Of a stretch of DNA of 64,000 bases, positions 30,130 through 38,533 are shown one piece after another; position 1 is the first letter of the stretch; the number at the start of each line of letters is the position of its first letter. Below the pieces are notes generated by a model that was given only the letters and a program-made list of their open reading frames with translations, did not search any database and was not told where the DNA came from. The translations under genes were made by a program, and so were the position numbers. Source of the DNA: Bdellovibrionales bacterium (GTDB lineage: Bacteria; Bdellovibrionota; Bdellovibrionia; Bdellovibrionales; JAUICD01); assembly GCA_965203275.1 (NCBI GenBank), contig OZ241865.1, positions 1,952,001 through 2,016,000 on the forward strand. The letters are read 5' to 3'.

Positions 30130-31203
30130 TATTTCCCTAACATGCAGTTTATCCGGGATCTGGCATCCGGGATCTGGGAACCCGGGACCTGGCACCCCGG
30201 CAAACTGGCATGAGAAAGAACTTTTTCCTTAACATGTAGTCAAAAAACGAAGATATCCTCTTTACTAAAAGTAAACGGACTTTTGAGGTGATGACCATTT
30301 TATCGACGACGACAGTCGTCGTGGTCATCGCCCAAAAGCAACCAGAGGTTGGTTTACTTTTAGTGAAACAAACTCCTTAACATGTGGTAAAGAGAAAAAA
30401 GGATCCTCCCTACTCAAAATAAATGGATTTTCTAGGCAGTTAGCCTTTGATCAACGGCGATAAGCCGTTGGGCTAACTGTCAGAAAACATGCCAGAGGCA
30501 TGATTTATTTTGAGTGAAACAAACCCTTAACATGTAGTAAAAAGACGAAGAGATCCTCCTCTACTCAAAATGAGTGGATTTTTTAGATGTTGCCTATTTT
30601 GTCAAAGGCGAAAGCCTTTGCAGGCAACACTCAAGGTGTAAGAAGGAACTTTTTCCTTAACATCGTGTCAAGAGGTAAAAGGATTATCCCTAACCCCACC
30701 CCCCGCCCTTCGATTCTGCTTTTCCATTTTGTTTTTACTTGAGGATGAGGGCAGTGTGAGCCTTCCGAAGTCCTCAATTGAGCTTGCTTTTAAGAAGCAA
30801 GCTCAATTTGCGGAAGATCTCCAGTATCCCACTGCCCCATCCTCCTTCTAATTACTTTTTATTTGAGAGTTACGCAGAATCTAAAAGAGAATAAAAAAAC
30901 AAAAAATGAATAGCTTGTTTCCTTAACTTAGTGTTAAAAAACGAGAGGATCCTTCCTACTAAAAGTGGTCAGGCTTTCTAGGCGATGACCATTTTATCGA
31001 TGGCGTGAGCCGTCGTGGTCATCGCCAGAAAGTGGCCAGAGGTCAGACCACTTTTAGTGAAACAGCTCAGCCTTTAATCGACGGCGATAAGCCGTTGGGC
31101 TAACTGTCAGAAAACATGCCAGAGGCATGATTTATTTTGAGTGAACCAAACGGCTAGTTCAATTTTAGGGAAACAGAGGTCAGACCACTTTTAGTGAGCC
31201 AAC
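30130..31203 (+). repeat. Large cluster: heptamer module, three complete family A units, one family B module (30688-30905) and stacked fragments
   Basis: A cores at ~30264-30368, 30411-30518 and 30957-31062, each with a different but self-complementary outer stem. Confidence 0.92.
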
Positions 31204-31205
31204 TC

Positions 31206-32667
31206 CCTGAGTTTGACAACCTGCAAAAATAAAGTTAAGTCAATTTACCTTATCCTCCGCAACGTTTTATATAATCTTCAAAAACATGAACTTTTATCTC
31301 CCTTATATTTTTGTTGTCTTCTAAATAATAAATATCAGGTAAGTTAATACCATTGAAAAAATGAGATTTAACCAAAGAATAACTACCCACTTCCTTAAAT
31401 ATGATCTTTGATCCTATTTCAAGTGGGTTTTTAAAGGAATGACTACCGAAAAGATCTCCTGCAAAGCAACTACGACCAGAAAGTAAATATTTATAAACAC
31501 CTGATGTATCTGTATTTGAAACAAGAGGGAATTGGTGTTCAAGAATTTCTGGTAAGTGATTTATAGTGGTATCTAAAATAGCAACACTTTGTCCATCTCT
31601 TTGAAAAATATCAATAACAGAAGACACTAAAGAAACACACTCTTTAACAAAAGAAGCTCCAGGTTCTATAATAATTTGTTTAAAATTGTATTTTTGCTTG
31701 ATGTGTTCTATTAATTTATAAAAATCAGATATATTTTCTTGATTGTAAGTATAACCACCTCCTAAGTTAATCCAATGGAAATGATTAAGATACTCTCCCA
31801 AAGAAGATTCTATTTGATGAAATGTTTTTTTCATTTCAGATATATCAAAACTATAATGGTTATTATGAAAATGTAGCCCTGTCAGTTTATTTTTAAGTTT
31901 GGAGCTTTTTAAAAATTCCAACATATCTGAGAGGGGAACACCTAATTGCTTAGAAGATAGCCCACAAGGATTATAGCGATTATTTTTAGTAAAGGATATT
32001 TCTGGGTTAATACGAATGCCATAGCTTACTTGAGAGTGCAGATCATTTTGAAGTCTTGTCAATTGCTCTAAAGAGTTAAAGGTCATAAAGTGAATTAATT
32101 CAGATATATCATTCCATTGACTATATTGGATGCCTGGACTAACAAAATGAATAGTGTATTTGTTATTACTCAATTGCTTTGCTAATTTAGCTTCAAAGAG
32201 TGAACTAGTAGAAAACCCTGTGATACATTTTGCAATTTCCTTAAGGGGTTCTATATGAGAAAATGTTTTAAGAGAGTAGATGACCTTTACTTTAGATTCC
32301 TCTGCTATTTTTTTATGAAAAGATGCTTTGTTTTTAAGTTTTTCTTTATCAATAAGAAAATAGGGAGTACGAGAAGGTAAAAGGTTTTTAGATATGAGTT
32401 GATGAATCATTTGAGACCTCCTGATGTTTAAAATAAAATCCTGCAAGAATACTCGAAGATTTTTGATGTTTGTTCAATTTTCATCATCGTTTTTATAATG
32501 TATAGCCTTCCATGTCAAGGCTTTATTGATAAAAATTTACAAAAATATGCTTCACGAGGAATTCTACCAAAATTTAAAAACTAAAACTTACAACCCTCTC
32601 TAACGCCTATAAATAAAGTATTCTGAAAAAAGATGTCCACATTTGCAAATCAACTATCAAACTCAGG
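31206..32667. mobile_element. Putative non-autonomous element bounded by inverted CCTGAGTTTGA(C/T)A ends, carrying nspC
   Basis: CCTGAGTTTGACA at 31206 and TATCAAACTCAGG ending at 32667; 32519-32667 is homologous to 45121-45286. No transposase and no clear target duplication. Confidence 0.45.
31250..32446 (-). CDS. nspC: Carboxynorspermidine/carboxyspermidine decarboxylase-like PLP enzyme
   Basis: TPYFLID, YSLKTFS, SSLFEAKL, RINPE, YNPC...S.LGV, GLHFH, WINLGGG, IEPG, SC.AGD.FG, Y..VK...FNGI.LP. Confidence 0.82.
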   Translation of the reverse strand: MQDFILNIRRSQMIHQLISKNLLPSRTPYFLIDKEKLKNKASFHKKIAEESKVKVIYSLKTFSHIEPLKEIAKCITGFSTSSLFEAKLAKQLSNNKYTIHFVSPGIQYSQWNDISELIHFMTFNSLEQLTRLQNDLHSQVSYGIRINPEISFTKNNRYNPCGLSSKQLGVPLSDMLEFLKSSKLKNKLTGLHFHNNHYSFDISEMKKTFHQIESSLGEYLNHFHWINLGGGYTYNQENISDFYKLIEHIKQKYNFKQIIIEPGASFVKECVSLVSSVIDIFQRDGQSVAILDTTINHLPEILEHQFPLVSNTDTSGVYKYLLSGRSCFAGDLFGSHSFKNPLEIGSKIIFKEVGSYSLVKSHFFNGINLPDIYYLEDNKNIREIKVHVFEDYIKRCGG

Positions 32668-32694
32668 CCAATGGTTTGTTTGATTGTCGATACC

Positions 32695-32880
32695 CTATAA
32701 TAAGCCATTATTGAGCTTCAATAATTCACTCTCACTTAAGGGTTCTTTAATAACTTTTGGATTTTGATTTGGCATAAGGAATTTAGCACAAGTCCTCCAT
32801 AAGCCCATAGATAGAGAATCACTTGCAATAAGTAAAATAATAAAAAATAAAATAAAAATATATTTTTTTGTCATTTGCAC
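32695..32880 (-). pseudogene. 5' fragment of an ankyrin-family secreted gene
   Basis: MTKKYIFIL...SDSLS..L.RTC...LMPN...LSESELLKLNN matches the N-terminus of the 29239 gene; stops before any ankyrin repeat. Confidence 0.75.
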
Positions 32881-32937
32881 CTTCTGTTGCCTGACTGCCG
32901 GCTTGCCGGATCCCAAGAAATAAAGTAATATGGAAAT

Positions 32938-33579
32938 ATGAAAAATCGTTGGGCAATGTACTGCATTTTTATCTCCTGTATATGTAACCACTGGACAGAG
33001 GTCTACCCTAACCCTGCTAGCGATGAGGCCACTTACTTACCATCATTGCAATCAAAACATAAACCTCCTATCGGCAAAAAAGTTGCTGACACTTATATCA
33101 ATGCCACACAGCAATATGAAAAAAATATCTTTATAGGTATGTATTTGAGTTCCTTTATTTCCTCTGCCTCTACAAAAAATAACTCTTTGTTCTCTTCTCA
33201 AGAGGATGGCTTCTCATTTGGCTTGACTTACTTACATAAGCTTTTATCTTCACCCCATTTATTTATGCGAGGACATTTATTCTTAGATAAATTTCAAAAT
33301 AAAGATTTTACTGTATCTTTTTTGCCGTCTTTTTTGTGGAGTGGGTATCCTATCCCCATTTATATAGGGATTGGTCTTCCAGGATTAGAATTTCTCTCTC
33401 ATAAAAGCCAAAATCAAAACTTTGCTATCAATTGGCAAATTTTAGCAGGAATACATTTTTTAAAGATGACGAGTTTTTTGAATGTGTTTTTAGAAATGAG
33501 ATGGAAAAATCCCTTTGATATTTTAAGTCCCCCTACAAGCTCTTTATATCTCTTTGTAGGTATTTCATTTCTTTTTTAA
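32938..33579 (+). CDS. Hypothetical protein, possible small outer-membrane beta-barrel
   Basis: Alternating aromatic/hydrophobic strands, terminal Phe (VGISFLF). Confidence 0.5.
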   Translation: MKNRWAMYCIFISCICNHWTEVYPNPASDEATYLPSLQSKHKPPIGKKVADTYINATQQYEKNIFIGMYLSSFISSASTKNNSLFSSQEDGFSFGLTYLHKLLSSPHLFMRGHLFLDKFQNKDFTVSFLPSFLWSGYPIPIYIGIGLPGLEFLSHKSQNQNFAINWQILAGIHFLKMTSFLNVFLEMRWKNPFDILSPPTSSLYLFVGISFLF

Positions 33580-33676
33580 CTTCACTAATCTGCACTAATC
33601 TGCACTTAACCGCACTGAACTTCACCGATTGATGACAACTTGCTTTTACAAAATAATTTAGAATAACTATCACTAC

Positions 33677-34747
33677 TTAAGCTTTAAGTCCTTTTTTCTT
33701 CATTTTCTCAACAAGGGTTGTGCGATTGATATTAAGCAATAAAGCAGCTTGATTGCGATTCCAGCCTGTTTTTTCCAATGCTTTTAAAATCAAACTATTT
33801 TCATATTCGTTCATCACAGAATTAAGATCAATTCCTTGAGATAAATCATAAACATGAGGAGGTATATTTTTTTTAGTAGGATATGTTCCTTGATACTGTG
33901 CTGGTAAGTCGTTTACTTCAATGATCCCACCGCCATCTTTTAATAAAACTAATCTTTCTATGAGATTTTCTAACTCTCTGACATTACCTGGCCAAGAATG
34001 CCAATAAAGTAACTGCATAGCTTCTTTACTGACATCTTCTATTTTGTTCTGTTTGGATTGATTAAATTTTTCTATAAAATGATAAATCAAACAGGGAATA
34101 TCATATCGTCTTTCTTTTAGGGCAGGTATATGTACAGGGATTACGTGCAATCGATAAAAAAGATCTTCTCTAAAGCGACCTTCAGCTACAGCCTTTTCTA
34201 AATTTCTATTAGTGGCAGTGATAATCCTCACATCCACCTGCATTGTTTTATCAGATCCAACAGGTTCAAATGCTTTCTCTTGAAGAACGCGCAGTAATTT
34301 AACTTGAAGATGGCAACTCATATCTCCTATTTCGTCTAAGAAAATACTACCTCCATGAGCCATTTCAAATCGCCCTTTGCGATTTGTAATAGCACCTGTA
34401 AAAGCTCCTTTGACATGACCAAAGAGTTCGCTTTCTAGCACATCACTAGGGATAGCCCCGCAATTGACACATACCAAGGGCTTGTTTGACCGAGCTGAAA
34501 GATAATGAATTCTACGAGCTACAAGCTCTTTGCCTGTTCCAGTTTGACCTGTAATCAAAATGGTAGAATTGACAGAAGCAACACGCTCAATAAGTTTTAA
34601 AACTTGTTTGATTTCTTTGCTCTGTCCAATAATATGATTTTGAAGAATAGAGGATGTATTCTGATGAGATGGCAGTAACGAAGATAGAGAAGGGGTCGTA
34701 GCTAATGTTTTTTCACAATAAGATGTTTCTTTTTTTATTGATTGCAT
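33677..34747 (-). CDS. Sigma-54-dependent enhancer-binding protein (AAA+ and Fis HTH, no receiver domain)
   Basis: GQTGTGKE, ESELFGH.KGAFTGA, FLDEIG, FREDLFYRL, WPGNVRELEN, C-terminal WNRNQAA.LL.INRTTL. Confidence 0.93.
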   Translation of the reverse strand: MQSIKKETSYCEKTLATTPSLSSLLPSHQNTSSILQNHIIGQSKEIKQVLKLIERVASVNSTILITGQTGTGKELVARRIHYLSARSNKPLVCVNCGAIPSDVLESELFGHVKGAFTGAITNRKGRFEMAHGGSIFLDEIGDMSCHLQVKLLRVLQEKAFEPVGSDKTMQVDVRIITATNRNLEKAVAEGRFREDLFYRLHVIPVHIPALKERRYDIPCLIYHFIEKFNQSKQNKIEDVSKEAMQLLYWHSWPGNVRELENLIERLVLLKDGGGIIEVNDLPAQYQGTYPTKKNIPPHVYDLSQGIDLNSVMNEYENSLILKALEKTGWNRNQAALLLNINRTTLVEKMKKKGLKA

Positions 34748-34862
34748 TTTTAATGATCACACCTTCTTATTCTGTTTTTTGATCCTGTACTTATAAACAG
34801 AGTAAAGGGTTATAGCCTTTTTTGTCAATTTGGATGCAGGTTTTATTTTAAGATTTAGACTT

Positions 34863-36743
34863 CTATTTAGGGCTTTTAGGTTCTTTAGTAAAGGGGATGA
34901 CTAGCTTCGCCTGGGCTTTTTCCCCATTGTATGGAATTAAAATAAGCTCTCCGTTAAGTGAGGCTATAAGACGAGAAATAGCGTGCTGATCAGTGTTTGA
35001 AAGGATAGAAGCTTTTTTATTCAAAAAAACACTGGCTATAATTTGATAAACTGTTGCTTCTTGAACAAGTAAAATAAGGATTTGATGGTCTTTATGTCGA
35101 GTGACTTTTGTCTTTAAACTGACATGCATCTTCATCTCAGCGTCTTTTATAGCTGTTTCTGCTATTGCATTGAGAAACTTTGTTAAAACTTGCTTGATCA
35201 CTTCTGGTTGTAAGTAAAGCTGATGATTTTCACCTTGACTGATCATTGAAATATGAACACCACGTGATTTTGTTTTTAATTCTGTTAAATGTATTAGCTC
35301 TTGAGTTAGGTCTTTGATATTGATAGATATGTTTTGAACTACAGGAGCCATGCGAGAAAAGTTTAATAAATTCTGAATAATTTTTCGGCAATTTTCTGCT
35401 GCCTCTTGCATTTGTAAAATATCATTTTTGTATTGGCTCTTTGAAGGGAGCTGTTCTAAAACGATTTGCAAAAGCGTGATGACTCCAGATAAAGGATTGT
35501 TAAGTTCATGGGCAATGCTACTGCCAATAAGGCCCAGCTCTGAAGCTTGTGCCTTTACTAAGATTTGCTTTTCTAAAAAGATTTCTTCTGTGATATCTTT
35601 ATAAATATTAACATAAGATAAAGGTGTATTTGAAAATTTACGACTTAAAACTTCGATATGTTTTTGAGATTGTGAAATTTGAAAATGTCCTCCTTGCTTA
35701 TTTTGTTTCATTTGACAGTTACGACAAGGCTTTTTGCGATTGAATAAAATTTGAAAGCATTTTTTCTTCTCTTTATCTACATCAAGAACTTTTTTATTAA
35801 ACTGCAAAACATTAAAATCATCATCTATAATAGCAATGGGATAAACGATAGAATGAAAAGTACTTTCCCATTGTTTTTTAAGGTTTTCTGTTTTTTGTCT
35901 TATAAGTATTTTATTGATGGTTAAAGTGACAGCTTCACTGATTTGTCTTAAAAGCTTTTTTTCTGGTAAAGTAAACTTCCCTTCCTGTCTGTCATATAAA
36001 ATATGACCTGATAAATTAGGTTCTAATTCTAGTTCTAGTTTAAAAATATATTGATCTTTATAAAGCTTAGTTTGAGTAAGAGCTTTTGAATTGAATATAA
36101 TACGTGTTTGACGTATAAAATAAGATAATACTTGTGTGATATTTCTTTCTATATCTTCAAGAGATTCAGCTACCTGTACTTGTATAATAGTTTTAAGTAA
36201 AATATTAAGTTGTTTGCTACTTTCTAAGGCTCTTTGTTTAGCTTGCTCTAGGGATATTTGTCTTGTTGTGATGCGTTCTTGAAGTGTTTTTTTTAAGGAT
36301 TGGAGTTTGCTATTTTGTTCTCTGTGTAGATCGACTAGTTCTTCATTTTGTTGAAGTCTATAAAATTCTTCTCTAGACTCTATAATTAATATTTCTAATT
36401 CAGAAACTTTCCATGATTGCAAAATTTTAAAAATTTTAAATTGATTGATTAAATGTAAGAGTTGCTTGGAGTTAAGGGAAGATGCAGAAATGATTTTTTG
36501 TGTATGAGGAGATTGTGTTTCTATATTATTAAGTAATGTTTGTAGCTCTGAAAAATCAAAAAGATCTGTATCAATAATAATTGTTTCAAATGAATTAAAA
36601 GTAAATGGGAAAATTTGCTTTAAGTTAGATGTGACCCTTGCACCTATGGAGAGATCAGATGCTTTCGTATCAGTTATAATAAGAACACTGGATTGCAAAT
36701 CAATCATAGTTTTTTCATTGTTTGGTTTGTTTGGTTTGTTCAA
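34863..36743 (-). CDS. Sensor histidine kinase-like protein (PAS-like and HisKA; degenerate ATPase domain)
   Basis: H-box IAHELNNPL and LLNFSR; G1/G2 boxes not recognisable. Confidence 0.75.
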   Translation of the reverse strand: MNKPNKPNNEKTMIDLQSSVLIITDTKASDLSIGARVTSNLKQIFPFTFNSFETIIIDTDLFDFSELQTLLNNIETQSPHTQKIISASSLNSKQLLHLINQFKIFKILQSWKVSELEILIIESREEFYRLQQNEELVDLHREQNSKLQSLKKTLQERITTRQISLEQAKQRALESSKQLNILLKTIIQVQVAESLEDIERNITQVLSYFIRQTRIIFNSKALTQTKLYKDQYIFKLELELEPNLSGHILYDRQEGKFTLPEKKLLRQISEAVTLTINKILIRQKTENLKKQWESTFHSIVYPIAIIDDDFNVLQFNKKVLDVDKEKKKCFQILFNRKKPCRNCQMKQNKQGGHFQISQSQKHIEVLSRKFSNTPLSYVNIYKDITEEIFLEKQILVKAQASELGLIGSSIAHELNNPLSGVITLLQIVLEQLPSKSQYKNDILQMQEAAENCRKIIQNLLNFSRMAPVVQNISINIKDLTQELIHLTELKTKSRGVHISMISQGENHQLYLQPEVIKQVLTKFLNAIAETAIKDAEMKMHVSLKTKVTRHKDHQILILLVQEATVYQIIASVFLNKKASILSNTDQHAISRLIASLNGELILIPYNGEKAQAKLVIPFTKEPKSPK

Positions 36744-37264
36744 GTCTTCATCTCCATTTTTATTTTCATTTCCATCTTCATCTTCATCTTCATAAAATAA
36801 AATATTATAAGGACTTTCTAAATTTTGACTTATGTCTATGAAGGTCTATGAATTCAAAACTTTTAATGAGTTATTTTATTATGTAAAGAGATATTGTATT
36901 GTCAGTTTTTCTGATTTTAGTGTCATTTTGTGTTAGATGTTGAGTTTTGCTAAAAATCAAGAAGATACCTTTATTAAGAGCATTAAAATCAAAAATATTG
37001 TTATTAGAGAAATGGCTTTTACTTTCCTTAGATTGTTTTTTAGTTTAAGTCTTTCAAAAAGTATTATGCAGTGTTGTGCTATAATAAGTCTTAAATAATT
37101 TTTAGTCAATAGGGGCCTTGACAAATAAAACTTGATGTTGACTTTGGTGGTTGATCATATTAACATAAGAGATAAACTATATTTAAGTTTTAATGAGCTT
37201 TGATGAGTTTTGAGTAGATAGGACTTCTATATTTTTAATTAAGATATTAAAAATGAGTATCTAA

Positions 37265-37340
<76 letters not shown>

Positions 37341-37489
37341 TACATTAGTCAGTAAAATCCTCATATATTTAGAGGGTTTTCTTTTTATTCATGCTATTAT
37401 TATATATAAGTAGGATGTGTTTTGAGGTTTTAATTTGAAGTTTTAATTAATTTGAGGTTTTAAACAGTAGATTAAAAAAGGAGAGATAT

Positions 37490-38134
37490 ATGAAACATTA
37501 TTTAAAGCTATTTTCTTTATTTGCATTGGTCATAGCTTTTTCTAGTGGATGTACCTCTATGCATGGAAAGGATGAAAAGAAAGTGATCACCAGTGAGGAT
37601 GATAGAGCAAATAATCAAAAGCAAAGGCATACAGCATCGAAGGATGATGACTTTTTTGATATTAGACCAAAAGACACGTTTCGAGGGTATGAATATGACC
37701 ATTCTGGTATTAGCCGTAAGTGTGACTCTCGTGATGAGGAACGTTTCACACGTCGTATGCAACAGAACAATAGAGGGGGATATTATTTGTATCGATGCTT
37801 AAGTCGTGTTTATGGTACACTTGAGTTATATGGAAGCGATCCGTATAATGTGTATAAACCTGGTAGCATTAGAAGTGGATTTGCTGGACTGAGGATAGAT
37901 GCAGCACTCTCACATATATATCAAGAGTATTATCAAGAGATACGTGAAGGTTGCTTAACTCCCCTTGAACATGCTATCTCCATTCTTGAAGATAGTAAAA
38001 AGCACCCTGACAATTCCGATCATCAAGACTTGATCACTTGGAAGATTAGACTGATCCAAAATGTAATAGATAGAGTCAAAGTCTGGCGAGAAGAACATCC
38101 ACAGATACACAATAGTGTTCGTCTCAATGATTAG
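37490..38134 (+). CDS. Hypothetical lipoprotein
   Basis: Lipobox-like FSSGC after a hydrophobic stretch; RBS AAGGAG. Confidence 0.7.
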   Translation: MKHYLKLFSLFALVIAFSSGCTSMHGKDEKKVITSEDDRANNQKQRHTASKDDDFFDIRPKDTFRGYEYDHSGISRKCDSRDEERFTRRMQQNNRGGYYLYRCLSRVYGTLELYGSDPYNVYKPGSIRSGFAGLRIDAALSHIYQEYYQEIREGCLTPLEHAISILEDSKKHPDNSDHQDLITWKIRLIQNVIDRVKVWREEHPQIHNSVRLND

Positions 38135-38171
38135 ATACTTGTGGGCAGTAATTTGTGGCGATATGCTTTAC

Positions 38172-38259
38172 AGAAAATTTTGGTGATGCTTTTCCAGTGA
38201 ATGTAAGTTTTATAGAGATCTTTTCATTCCATAGTTTTTGAGGTTAAAAAGCCCACATC
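38172..38259. repeat. ~88-bp direct repeat, left of the CRISPR-Cas9 locus
   Basis: AGAAAATTTTGGTGATGCTTTTCCAGTGAATGTAAGTTTTATAGA...GAGGTTAAAAAGC.CACATC recurs at 43568-43656. Confidence 0.9.
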
Positions 38260-38355
38260 CTAGTGGCACAAAATCTCTTTCGACTCATAACCCACTGATT
38301 TTACTCAACTTTATTTTTTCAACTGTCAAACTCAGGATCTATCAAATCCATGAAT

Positions 38356-38442
38356 AAAAAACATCCAAGCCGTAGCTTGGATGTTCATTTGATGGCCCAA
38401 AGGGCCTTGTTACCGATTGACCCTCAAATCCTGATAAGAAAA
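38356..38442 (-). ncRNA. tracrRNA
   Basis: Anti-repeat 38409-38436 (minus strand TATCAGGATTTGAGGGTCAATCGGTAAC pairs with the crRNA repeat), GGCCC-TTT-GGGCC hairpin, terminator CATCCAAGC-TACG-GCTTGGATG-T6. 5' end approximate. Confidence 0.88.
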
Positions 38443-38533
38443 AAGAGACAATTTTTAATTGACTTTAAGTGATCATAGAGTGTACTTATCTTAACTTTGA
38501 GTTTCAACAAAATTCTAATTTTATGACGCACTG

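Noticed and set aside
30240..30520. Family A as integron attC sites, dif/pdif sites or a CRISPR array
   Set aside because: Ends only loosely resemble RYYYAAC/GTTRRRY or the XerD arm; the fold is branched, units do not alternate with cassettes or unique spacers, and no integrase is present.
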